NCBI RefSeq assembly: GCF_006345805.1
Contig: NC_042998.1
Span: 92,194,001-92,258,000 of the forward strand
Direction of reading: 5' to 3'
DNA length: 64,000 bases
DNA from: Octopus sinensis
Lineage: Eukaryota
Positions within the stretch are counted from its first letter, which is position 1; each line of letters opens with the position of its first letter. A program made the translations under genes and the position numbers. Shown here in pieces: positions 1 through 11,480 of the stretch. The notes beneath the pieces were generated by a model that saw nothing but the letters and a program-made list of their open reading frames with translations, was not told where the DNA came from and did not search any database.

Positions 1-52
1 TAAAGGTGATGCTCCAGCATGGCCGCAGTCAAATGACAAACAAATAAAAGAG
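1..52 (+). mobile_element. 3' tail of tRNA/CORE-like SINE (family B), cut by window edge
   Basis: GCTCCAGCATGGCCGCAGTCAAATGAC...AAAAGA matches the tail of the complete copy at 35473-35882. Confidence 0.75.
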
Positions 53-64
53 TATATATATATA

Positions 65-389
65 TGAAGACTCCGCCGGTTACGACGACGAGGGTCCCAG
101 CTGATACGATCAACGGAACAGCTTGCTCGTGAAATTAACGTGCAAATGGCTGAGCATTCCACAGACACGTGTACCCTTAACGTAGTTCTCGGGGAAAATC
201 AGCGTGACACAGAGAGTGACAAGGCTGACCCTTTGAAATACAAGTACAACTCATTTTTGCCAGCTGAGTGGACTGGAGCAACGTGAAATAAAGTGTCTTG
301 CTCAGGGACACAACGCGTCGCTGGGAATCGAACTCACAACCTTACGATCATGAGCCGAATGCCCTAACCACTAAGCCACGCGCCCTCAC
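65..389 (-). mobile_element. Young tRNA-derived SINE (family A head)
   Basis: Minus-strand box A TGGCTTAGTGG (368-378) and box B AGTTCGATTCC (324-334). Central TTGTGTCCCTGAGCAAGACACTT domain. About 180-bp 3' part shared with 46604-46994. CpGs retained. Confidence 0.85.
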
Positions 390-1066
390 TATATATATAT
401 ATGTGTGTGTGTGTGTGTATGAACAAGACTGGAGGAAATCACATCTTTAATCGATGATTATATCATACATTACCATTGATCATTTCTATTCTGCTAGCAT
501 ATTTGGATGTAGAAAAAAGGTGCAAAATACCAGCCAAACCAATCTGAAAATTTATGCTAATACAATATTATCAAGGTAACCTAAAACTGGTTAAATTCAT
601 AGTGAACTGAAATAATATCTATAATACATGAACACACACAAAAAGAACATTAAGGTAAAATATAATATTTTAAGAGAAGCCAGTTTAGTAAATACTTCTA
701 AGTAATATTTGGATTTACTTATCACACATGTAAAATTACCTTGGATGTCAACTGTACTTGAATTTTTTGGTATCTGATTGTTTGATATAGTTAACCAAGT
801 TCACTTAATACTGAGTGCTTTGTAGATATCTGCCTGGATTTATTAATATATATAATGTGTGTGTGTGTGTATGTTTGTCCCACCACTGCTTGACTACTGG
901 TGTTGGTTTATGTCTCCATACCACAGTGGCTCAGCAAAAGAAACTGATATTAGTATTGGGGTCAATTTGCTCAATGAAATCTTTCAAGACAGTACCTCAG
1001 AATAGTTGCAGTCCAATGACTGAAAAAAGTAAAAGATGGGTAACAGTATTTGAATATGTAGTTTAA

Positions 1067-1265
1067 CACTTTTGTTCCCATATTTCTGTTGAAATATATT
1101 GGTTTTGTTTTAGTGTCTATGATAATTATGAAGAATTTAGTAAAATATCTTTATTATTCAAACTGGTGTATGGAACATAACATGAAATCTTGACTGAAGG
1201 TTTTAATTTAGCTCACTTTAAAACAGGAAACTTATGTCATGGAATTAGTTGTTGTCTCAAAGGGC
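1067..1265. mobile_element. Degenerate piggyBac-type MITE, relative of 7106/13848 family
   Basis: Flanked by TTAA (1063-1066, 1266-1269); internal similarity to 13848-14067. Confidence 0.5.
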
Positions 1266-2039
1266 TTAAGGAAGTAATTGAAAGCAGAATAATTAGATGC
1301 AAACTGTGATTAGTGCAAATACATATGAGAAAGCTGAACATTTGAAGATAAATAATAATAGAACTTATAGAATGTTCAAACTGTACGTGAATGAATATAG
1401 TATCCATATCTTAATTCTGCCTTCTACATAAGCTTGGATGATGTAGGATACAAAACAGTGGGAAACTAAAAGTTATGAATGAAGTATAGAAAGTAATGAT
1501 CAGGGTTTTTAAAACTTAAATGTCAAACTAACTTCTAATACAGAATACAGCTTTTTATATGAATGCGTGCAAGTTCAGTTGCCATATGTTGTACTAAAGC
1601 TCCAGAGGAGGTACATTCTTTTCCTGTGTTAGATTTTGATTAAAAGAAAATAAAAGAACTGCTGGCACTCATAAATAATCTGTGTAAATACAAATTAAAC
1701 AGGTATATATATTTTTTTGTGTGTGGTAATACCATGAACAATTTCCTTTTTCTGTAACATAACTAATCTTTATCAAAAGTTTATGCACATTTCCGACTGA
1801 ATGTGTTGGTGTCAGGGAGGGGTACACTGCTTCATAGGAAACCAGTTGTAGAAATGACAACTATATATGTATGTATTGTGTATATATTATAATAGGTACA
1901 GGAATGGCTGTGTTGTCATGAAGTTCCCTTTGTATGGTGTGGCTTTTAAGGCCTATCCTGCTGAGAAGCACTGAGTTCATTACTTTGTGAGTGAAATAAG
2001 TAGATGGAAACTGTACAGAAACCTCTCTCTCACACACAT

Positions 2040-2310
2040 GTGGAAGCATGTGGCTCAGTGATTAGATTGCTTGATCATGGGTTTGATTCCTGGGCTGGGT
2101 GATGCATTGTGTTCTTGAGCAAAACACTTCATTTCATGTTTCCCCAGTCCACTCAGCTGTAAATGGGTAATCTTGTAATGGAATAGCCTACTGATCAGGG
2201 AGAATGTTGACCTGCTCATCTAGCCAGTGGGGTGGTGTCATTTAGAAAGCTTAAACAATACAAAGCGAATTGTGACCAGTGATGTATAACAATGTCTGAT
2301 ACTCTGGTTG
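2040..2310 (+). mobile_element. Decayed SINE, family A head
   Basis: TGGCTCAGTGATTAG...GGGTTTGATTCC head followed by TTGTGTTCTTGAGCAAAACACTT...CCACTCAGCTGTAAATGGGTA core. Confidence 0.65.
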
Positions 2311-2321
2311 ATACTATGATA

Positions 2322-2712
2322 TATGATGGGTGTGGCTGTGTTGTAAGAAGTTTGTTTCCCCAACTACATGGTTCTGGGTTGAGTCCCTCAGCATGGCCCC
2401 TTGCAACAGATATTTTCTACTATAGCCCCAGGTTGATCAAAGTCTTTCAAGTGGATTTGGTAAATAGAAACTAAAAGAAACCTGTTGCATATGTGTGTGT
2501 GTTACTATCTCCTCCCTGCCTTGAAATTGCATGATAGTTGTAAATGAATGTTACCAACATGCAAGCAGCATCCTTCATTTCTATTCTTTCATGAAAAGAT
2601 GGGGAAATATTGCCATATTTAGAAATGGGTGAGGGTTGGTGACAGGAAGGGCATCCACCTCAGCAAATTCTGTCCAACCAATGCAAATATGAAAAGCAGA
2701 CATTAAGACGAC
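2322..2712 (+). mobile_element. SINE family B head with RTE-type tail
   Basis: GTGGCTGTGTTGTAAGAAGTTTG...CCCAACTACATGG head; tail GACAGGAAGGGCATCC...ATGCAAATATGAAAAGCAGACATTAA. Confidence 0.65.
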
Positions 2713-3087
2713 TATATATTAGTGTGTGTGTGTGTGTGCATGTATATCTGAATGTGTGTGTTTTAATGTTTATTTCCTTATACATTCACCCTGACAACGT
2801 TTGTGCTGCTGTAATGTGTTGTTTACATCTCCTGTAAACAATGCATCCCATAGCCTATTGGTTTTATCATGCTTGAAAAGCATGGATTATACCTAACTTG
2901 AAGAGTAGGTAAAAGTTGATGACAAGAAGAGTGTCTTGTCAGAATAATATTTTAATAAATCTTGTTCAATCCATGCCAGCATAGAAAAGGGAAACTTAAA
3001 AATGATGAATGCACCATGCATCCAAATGAGAAGTCAATAGTATAGCATTTGACATTTCAACAAAATATCCATATTGAGTTAGATATA

Positions 3088-3302
3088 TGAGGGGGTGCTG
3101 AAAAGACTGGCTTTGGGTAAAAGAAAATACAGGAGGATCAGTTAATTATGATTTTATTCAACATATTCCCCTCTGAAATTCACATACATATTGCAGTAGT
3201 CTTTCAGTTTTTTAAGCCCTGTAACAGAACTTGGAAGGTTGGGCCTCCAACCAGGCTTTTCATGATACCCTTAAAGCTAGGAAACTTTTCAGCACTCACA
3301 TG
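3088..3302. mobile_element. Mariner/Tc1-type MITE (decayed)
   Basis: TA flanks (3086-87, 3303-04); imperfect TIR with GTGCTGAAAAG core at both ends. Confidence 0.55.
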
Positions 3303-3637
3303 TACAGATCACCTTTTGGTATTAATGCTGCTTCTGTCACTAATAATTATTCTTTAATAAGCTTGCTAGCTATTTGAAACATCAGTGCCTGAAAAGTTAC
3401 TCATTGGCTGTTATATTTGGCTGGTATGTGAATAGCAGCTGTCTACCTCTGAAAAGACCGAGTACATCAAAATTATATGTTCTAGCAGTTCTGAGGTCTG
3501 TAATAGATGATTCCCGTCTTCCAATGATATGTGTGCTTTAATATGCCATCTGTCCATATGAAAGGTCCTCTCAAGGTGAATGCCACAGTATTTGGTGCTT
3601 TAACAAAATATCAATGCTAAGTTGGATATAAAGATTG

Positions 3638-3639
<2 letters not shown>

Positions 3640-3721
<82 letters not shown>

Positions 3722-3722
3722 A
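3640..3722. repeat. Compound microsatellite (CT)n(AT)n(GT)n
   Basis: Directly visible. Similar arrays near 4905-4980, 5152-5190, 12231-12256, 16989-17025, 17757-17815, 17977-18050, 20868-20893, 44110-44176, 47663-47683, 51163-51197 and 58907-58935. Confidence 0.95.
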
Positions 3723-4089
3723 TTATTTTAACATTTACTTTTCCATGCATGCATGTGTCATAAAAAATTTTCAGAGTAGATTTTTCTCCAGTTGGATGCT
3801 CTTTCTATCACTAACCTTCACCTATTTTCAAGCAAAGTAATATTTCCTCTAGTCTGGATATGTTTGAATGGAAGACTACAATCATCAATGCTTTTGCATG
3901 ACCTTGAAGCTTGTTTACTATTTGTGTGCAAAGTCTATTTTGGTGTGAAACTTGAATCATGGGACAAACCTTCAGCTTCACTTTTAATAATAAAAAAAAC
4001 AAAAACAAAAAAAAACTATATCCTCCATAACATGTATTGAGTAATTCTTTTTCTCATTCATCCAACATTAAGCAATATACATGTGTGTG

Positions 4090-4862
4090 TGTGTATCAGT
4101 TAATGTCTGTTGTCCATGCTGGCATGGGTTGGAAGGTTTAACCAGAGCTGGCAAACTGGATAGTCTGATTTGACATGGTTTTTACAGCTGGATGCCCTTC
4201 CTAACACCAACCACTTTACAGTGTGTGTTGGCTGCATTTATGTGGCACTACATGAATACTTTTACATGGCATTGGCACAGGTGCTTTTTATGTGGTACCA
4301 GCACAGGGCTCTTGCAGGCTAGTCGTCTTCACTAGGGGGAGTGGTCTTAACACTTCTGCTGTTGAGTATGGGTCTTCTTGAGTACAGTAAGGCACCAGGC
4401 ATCTCAATCCTTTGTCATCTCGTATGAAAGGCTCAGCATCCTGAGGTTGTCCTTCAGTACTTTGACCTATGTTTTCCCATTTCCATGTGTTCCATCTGCT
4501 TTGAGAGACAAGTACTTCTTTATGGAACTGTTGGCATCCATGTGCATTACATGACCAAACCAGTGCAATCTTTTGTCTTGCATACAGTAACCATTCCTCT
4601 AATGCCTAACTCTCTCAGTACACTAAGACTCTGTCGAACTTGTACACTGAGATTACACATTCAGTGGAGCATACTGGCCTCATTCTTCTGTACCTTTTAC
4701 ATGTCCTCTGCATTCAAGGCCCATGTCTCGCTATCATGTAGAATTGCTGTCCATATACATGCATCATTCAGTCTTCTTTTCACTTGGAGAGAGAAAACTT
4801 TTGTAGCCAACAGAGATAAAAGCTCTCTGAATTTCTTCCTATTCTTATTCTCGCTATTACAC
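4090..4862 (-). mobile_element. 5'-truncated RTE LINE copy (ORF C-terminus plus 3' UTR)
   Basis: Minus-strand fragments such as KFRELLSLL...ILHDSETWALNAED...NEASML; ends in the CATGCCAGCATGG...CATTAA RTE tail at 4090-4130. Confidence 0.8.
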
Positions 4863-4909
4863 TCTTCGTATTTCCTCCCCCACTACTAGTTTAATCTATC
4901 TCTATCTCA

Positions 4910-4942
<33 letters not shown>

Positions 4943-4946
4943 ATAT

Positions 4947-4979
<33 letters not shown>

Positions 4980-4980
4980 G

Positions 4981-5149
4981 TAGGTCCCGGGTTGAGTCGG
5001 GGTTAACCACAGTAAATAAGGTACTCAATACATGGCAGAGTAAATTAATTTATTTTATAGAAGGAGCTTCTACAGGACTAGAACTGTTTCATTCAAAAGA
5101 TGATTTCTTTTGAATGAAACAGTTCTAGTCCTGTAGAAGCTCCTTCTAT

Positions 5150-5155
<6 letters not shown>
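4981..5155 (-). mobile_element. Probable Penelope-like 3' end with 5' inversion (perfect 50-bp-arm palindrome) inside (TA)n
   Basis: 5051-5100 is the exact reverse complement of 5106-5155 (loop TGATT). Each arm contains GAAACAG-TTCTAGTC-CTGTA; AATAAA follows on the minus strand. Flanked by (TA)n on both sides. Confidence 0.55.
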
Positions 5156-5191
<36 letters not shown>

Positions 5192-7105
5192 TAGACATGA
5201 CAGGCTTCTTTTTAGTTTCCGTTTACTAAATTCACTCATAAGGCAAACAAACAGGCATTATGTACAAGTAGGGCAACATTTGTTATGCATTCGTAACACA
5301 ATTAGAAATGTTAAACAGTCTTAACAAAAATTGTAACAAAAAAAGAAACAAATTTTTCTCCATTTACTTTCAATATAAGACATGTATTTTTAGTTAATTA
5401 TTATAGCTAATAATATTTGAAAGAAATTATATAGCTGTGTAACTGTGTGTGTATAAAGTTATTTTTACTGCATATTATTATGGATTTCATGTTTTGTTGT
5501 TGTTTGACCCTAGATTGTCTTTAATCAAGTACAGCTATGATTGTTCAGGTATAGTGTTGTACTGTGGACTAGATTATTCAAAGCATAATTTTTTTTCTCT
5601 TTTCAAGATGGAAAGATGGTAAGATGTTGCTTGAGTGGGATTTGGTTGCCATATTTAGCATTTCAAGTGAGCACATGACTCCTTCATTACTTAGTTCAGT
5701 TTTAATACCCATGAACTTAAAGTCAGTCACCTAGCACTCGGAAGCAAGTATGGCTTGGTGACATGCACCATGCTTTCACTAATTGTTTTAAGTGCTGATG
5801 TAGTCATAAGCAGACATAAACATCTACTCAGTGACAGCTGAGAAGACTACAGCAAGGACACAATGTGTTGTCTGTGACAAGGATTAAAACCCACAACTTT
5901 GATTGCATTAGCTTAACAGCCTGATCATTAGGCCACAGGCCTTTATCCCGTAAACTTATATAATTAAAAATTAAATGACTTACTAAAGAAGTAGAATTCG
6001 GGAAATTTGCTTGTTAAAAGAATGTAGATTTCTTAGTTACAGTAGATTCTAAGGCAGCATCAGAGAGCAAGAAGCAAAAAAGACATCAATCAAACTAGTC
6101 AAAATACAGTTGTAATTAATAGTGGTTCAGTATGCTGATGGGACATGGGAATGATGATAGTTGTACACACTAATGGTTATTTTAGTTTGTTTTTTACTCT
6201 ATCCCCCATGTTTTATGTATTGACTTACAAACATATATTAAAACCGTTCATCTCTCTCTCTCTCTCTCATGTTGTGCATACTGACATTGGTGATCATGAA
6301 CATCCATTTCAAAGTCCAAAGATTCATGACTTGGGAAAGATACATCAGTGGTTTTTTGTTGCTTTCTTCCACTTTACAAACTAGTGATCTAAGTTCAAAT
6401 CTTCCATCAAAATTTCATGTTAGTTTATGACCCAAACATGATAATTGAAGATATAAAGCACATAGTAATGAGGAAAAAGTAAAATGAAGGAAAGAAAAGA
6501 AAATTTCAACTTTAACTTAATTTGAACACTACCAAATATGCTGATTGATTTTATGACATGGAATAAACTCAAATCTCTGTACACTTCTCTTCCAGGTTTC
6601 CCAAAAGGAGAAATGAAAGTTGAATCAAAGCTTTTCAAAGTAATAGTGTTGAAGACAAAATTTAGCAACAGATTTGTCACTTTGATAAATCAAAGTAACT
6701 ACTATTAACATAAGAGATCCACCATCAATCATGTATTGAATATCTTAATGCTAGAAGACTTAACAAATAATCAATACTCATGGCAACTAATTCATTGACA
6801 GCTATAACAAATTTACACAACTTCTACAGTAAATGAACATATTTACTGGTTATCTATGCAGAGAATGCTGTTGTAAACATGTAGGGCAGTCATGGCCAGC
6901 TTTTTACATGAAGCAAACTGCATGGGACATGACTCATCGTTAGGTTGGTTGTGCTACTAAAAACTTTTTAATAAACGTTATTTTCTTCCTCAAATTAAGC
7001 ATACCATTCAGAATGTCCTGTGGGCTGTAGTTTGACTGTGACTGAAATAAAGTGTTGCCCCTGTTGTTAATTTTCAAATAGAAAACAGTATATATACTAT
7101 ATTAA

Positions 7106-7325
7106 CCCATTCATTACCAACCCGGCTTAAACCGGCTCTGGTTCTGAGTACAAATGTCTTGTTTTCATAAGTTTTGAATTAAAATCTTCCATCAAACCTT
7201 AGTCACAATTTATGTTCCTAATACTAGCTTAATGAGAACTAAGATATTTTATTAAATTCTTTGTTATATTTAAAATAATTGAAAGAAATACAGAGCATCT
7301 CAAAATAAATACAGTAACGAAAGGG
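7106..7325. mobile_element. piggyBac-type MITE (220 bp)
   Basis: TTAA TSDs at 7102-7105 and 7326-7329; CCC...GGG termini, TIR CCCATTCATTAC / GTAACGAAAGGG; second copy at 13848. Confidence 0.9.
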
Positions 7326-7719
7326 TTAAGCATATAATTGTGGATCCCTAATTATTACTAGCTTATAATGTATAGAATATTTTAGGGATATGATTTTTAT
7401 AAAGCCAACAATAAACAACCTGTAATTTTAGTGGTTAATAATTGTTTTATCACTTGGTAATGCAAAGTAAGTACCCAAGCATTGTAGCACAATATGATTT
7501 CTATTTCTATATTAATTCTATCTGTATCTTATGACATTGGAAAGAAGAATAAAAAAGAAAGAAAGAAAACAATTCTCATTAGATGCAGCTCCCTCTGCAG
7601 AGCCTGCTGCAACAGAAGCCTGCTTCATTTATGACTGCTGTCATCTGTTAATGAAATTTATTTCAAGTAAATGGGTACAGGCATGGATGTGTTGTTAAGG
7701 AGTTCGCTTACCGAGCTAT

Positions 7720-8095
7720 GGGCACAGATATGGCTATGTGATTAAGAAGCTCACATTGCAACCATGTGGTTCTGAGTTCAGTGCTACTGCATGGCACCTT
7801 GGGCAAGAATCTTCTACTATAATCCTGGACCATCTAATAATGCCTTGTGAATGAATTTAGTAAACACAGAAACTATGGAAGCTCACTAAGCCTGTATACA
7901 TGTGTGTGGTATACGTGTGTGTGTCTTTGTATTTGTCACTTGACAACTGGCATTGGCTTGTTTGCCCCCCCCCCAAACTTAGTGGTTAAGCAAAAGAGAT
8001 TGGTAGAATAACTACCAATCGATTTGTTTTCCCAAATCCTTCAATGTGATACTCCAGCATGGCCACAGTCCATTGACTGAAACAAGGTAAAGAAA
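7720..8095 (+). mobile_element. SINE family B
   Basis: ATGGCTATGTGATTAAGAAGC...GCACCTTGGGCAAG core, internal (TG)n, CCAGCATGGCCACAGTC tail. Confidence 0.7.
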
Positions 8096-8282
8096 AGTCA
8101 AAAGATAGCAAACCACATGGTTCCAAGTTTGATTTCATGACAGTATTTTGGGAAAGTGTCTGCTGCCATAGTCTCATATGTGTGGAATTTGATAGATGGA
8201 AACTGTACAAAAGCCAATTGTATAAATAAATGTGTGTGTGTGTGTGTATTGTGTTTATCTCTTAACATTTATCAGTGTAAGC

Positions 8283-8365
8283 ATCATCATCGTTTAACGT
8301 CCGTTTTCCATGCTAGCATGGATTGGACAGTTCGACCAGGGTCTGGGAAGCCAGGAGGCTGCACC
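8283..8365 (-). mobile_element. Short RTE 3'-terminal fragment
   Basis: CATCATCATCGTTTAACGTCCGTTTTCCATGCTAGCATGG is the reverse complement of the RTE terminus with (GAT)n tail. Confidence 0.75.
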
Positions 8366-10402
8366 ACAATAAAGACTCTTGTGATATTTGAACCCTGGGT
8401 CACAGACATTCCCTTATCAATTTTGCTGTTAGCAATGCAGAGAACCAATGACTGGTTGATTGGAAACCTGTAATGGTTGACATTGTTGTACATTTGTGAT
8501 ATAAATGTGTCATTTTCAAAACAAAAAAGTTTATCAAATATCTAACCACTAAGTTTTTTAAAACAGAAACCCAACTACAAAAACAGAGGAACAGGCTGAT
8601 ATAATAAACTGTATTTACATCTTTAGATGGGAGCTTCAAATATCAGAATGTTGAAAGTTACTCTTGAAGAAAATTGTTGGGTGGGAAATCCACTGAAAGG
8701 AAACAATCAAATGAAGAAACATGATCGTTTCTTGGACATTACTGTCTTGAGTCCTGAAACTCATTGGGCTGATTCCTATGGCATGTAAGTGACCAAGATC
8801 ACAACATTGCCCCTGAATGAGATGCCAGTCCATTGCAGGTTTATTAATTTACAACTGAATGGACTAGGGCACTGTGAAAGTAAGTGTTTTGCTAAAAAAA
8901 AACATAACATACTGCCCTATCCTGGAACTGAAATTGTAATTTTCCAATCATGAGAGCAACACCCTACCCACTATAATTTGTAAAATGAAAGAAAAATAAA
9001 GAAGTGATGGGTTAAAAAAAAAACACCCTTTCTCCAATTTCTCAAAAATGTTTTGTCAGTAGGGCATGATGGGGATGTGTTTAGTTGATTATATTAATCT
9101 CTAAAGGATAAAAGGCAAAGTTAACCCTAGATGGATTCAAAATTGGAACATTAAAAAATGGGAACAAGTACAGCAAAGCATTTTCTCCAGTACTCTAATG
9201 ATTCTGTCAATACACCACTCTGGTGTTAATGTATATAATGTACTATAATTTATACACAGTTTACATTAAAAAGTGCAACAATTGTGAAGTAAAGGTGTTG
9301 TACATCTGACCTCATGGTCATATGTTCAGATATTATTACTGTTAATAATGTGGTCTTTGAGCAACATTATCAACTCTCATAACTCTGGTGGCTTATAACT
9401 CTGCTGGCTTAAGTTTATCTGGCATGTAACCCAAAAGAGAAAACACCCTCACTTTACAGTTGAGTGGTTAATAGTAGGAAGGGCATCCAAGTGGAAAACA
9501 ATTACCCTAATGAATAAACCTGTCACACCCATGCAAACATGGAAAACAGTAATAGAAAGTTGCTTTGGAGAAATTACTATTTCATTGTTCTTTTTATATT
9601 TTATAAGATTATTATATTACTATTTTGAAATGTGTTATTAAGTTCACAGTTATAAATAAGGTTTTGCAATCTCAACAAAATGTCCTGAAAGTCATCCGTA
9701 ACAAAACCAAAACTTTGCTTAACCAAGACTATAAAGTATTAAATAAGTTTTCTTATTATCATTGCAAATATTTCTGCTGGCAACTTATACTTTGTTTTTA
9801 TTTTGTTTTATTTTTCTGCTCAAATTTCTTTTACCATTTGTAGTAAGCTCGTGAAGTTATTCACAATGGTGGCGGTGGTTCTATTTTGTTTACATCATTT
9901 CATTTTGTTTTTATTACTCTTGTTTTACAACTTGTTTTGTATTTAACTTACTTGTTTTTTTATATTTTAGCAGCACCGGTGGGTGGTTGAGATGCCACAC
10001 TAACTTTTGCTAGCTTCTGCACACGTTTTAATTTTATCCTGAAATAGTCTTTAGTGTTGGCACAGTTTGCATTACCTAAGTAACATCATTTCTTTAGCCT
10101 TCTCTCCAGTGTTAGTTTCAGGAAGAGAGAACTTCCTGGTTCTTATGCTCACCTGCTAATAACAGTAACATGTAGTTGCAGCTTGCTGGATTTTTTGGAT
10201 TCTGTTGTCACTGTTGAGTTCTGCACTTTAAAAAAGGAAAATACGATATATATTTGGTTGAAAATTCGGAGAAAGAAAAATATTGCAGCAATTTATAATA
10301 ATTTATATGTATACTTTTTTTCTTTCTATGGTTGATTGATTTGTACTGTTATTGGATTTTAGTGTAATCTGAATATAGGAAGTTTTCATTGAATCTTTGA
10401 CA

Positions 10403-11171
10403 ATGTATCACTCAAACCGAAAACTCTCTTATCAATATTCTCTTACTTCATCTCCAGGCGGAATATCTTCATCAGAAAGTAAATCAGATGTTCAAACCTC
10501 ATATACCAGTGATAGGAGATCCAGAGACCGTTTCTCAACATCTTTTGATAGAGATTCAGACTGGGACTCAAATAAAAAAGAATCTATTCTTGATGTAACA
10601 AGAAGACGAGAATCTGAATCATCTTACATACCTTACAGATCTGGAAGAAAGGATTCTTATTCTTCAGATTACAAAGGATCCAGTTCACATACTTCTGATG
10701 TCCGAAATGTTCAGGACTCCTATGGTTCATACTTTTCAGATAATCAAAGTTCGAATTTGTCCTCATATGACACAAGACATTCCCAAAAGCAATCTGGTTC
10801 CTATTCTTTTCGAAATCAACAGGAATCCCGTCGAGATTCTGATCTTTCTTATACTTCCTCTGATACTAGGACTTCACAATCGGATTATACTTCTTTATTT
10901 GAAGATTCTAGTCGAAAGAGCAGAAGGGAATCTGGTAATTTAGCTTATGAAACCAGAAGGGATTCTGGACTTTCTGGTTTTGAAACCAGAAGGGATTCTG
11001 GGCTTTCTGGCTTTGAAGCCAGAAGAGATTCTGGAATTTCATCTTATGAAACTAGAAGAGGATCTGGAATTTCAGCCTTTGAAACTAGCAAGGATTCTGA
11101 TACGTCTTCCATATATTCTTCTTCTTCTTCACGAATAAAGAAGGAAACTGAGGATATTTACAAAAAGCAAA
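10403..11171 (+). CDS. Large Ser/Arg-rich coding exon of the Ig-domain host gene (first coding exon from ATG 10403, or internal phase 1-1 exon 10458-11171)
   Basis: Longest non-TE ORF. Strong donor AAA|GTAAGT at 11172 (phase 1), compatible with the downstream exon chain. ATG in ACAATG context with in-frame stop at 10376-78. Alternative acceptor TCTCCAG| at 10457 gives a 714-nt symmetric exon. Confidence 0.8.
10946..11110 (+). repeat. Coding tandem repeat, 5 x 33 nt ([YF]E[TA]RRDSG[LI]S[GSA]-like)
   Basis: Units start in frame at 10946, 10979, 11012, 11045 and 11078. Confidence 0.95.
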
Positions 11172-11334
11172 GTAAGTTGATTTTATTTTTGTTTGGTCTA
11201 AAATTATTGATTTGTTTTTAATATTACAAAACAGTTTTTTGCAGCATTAAAAAAAGTAATACATAATACTAAGGTGACAAGCAGATAGGACTGTTAATAT
11301 TCCATATAAAATGCTTAGAATGTTAAGAGTCAGA

Positions 11335-11480
11335 AATGCTGCTAAGTTCAAATCCTGCTGAGGTCAACTTCGCTTTTCATTTTCATGAGGTCAATAAATT
11401 ACCAGTTAAGTGCTGGTGTTGATATAATCAACTAAATCCTCCCACTAAAATTATTGGCCTTCTGCCAAAATTTATAACAA
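11335..11480 (+). mobile_element. Decayed SINE family C fragment
   Basis: AGTTCAAATCCTGCTGAGGTCAACTTCGCTTTTCAT...AATTACCAG, shared with 40455 and 61153 copies. Confidence 0.6.

Noticed and set aside
6596-6693. Possible upstream phase 1-1 exon (GFPKGEMKVESKLFKV...)
   Set aside because: Acceptor is acceptable but donors are weak and the peptide is unrecognisable; chance is likely.
10946-11110. 33-bp periodic repeat as a CRISPR-like array
   Set aside because: Contiguous units without spacers, in frame within a eukaryotic exon.
11172-11221. Hydrophobic C-terminus SKLILFLFGLKLLICF of ORF 10397-11221
   Set aside because: Read-through of a consensus GTAAGT donor into T-rich intron; no CaaX (Cys at -2).
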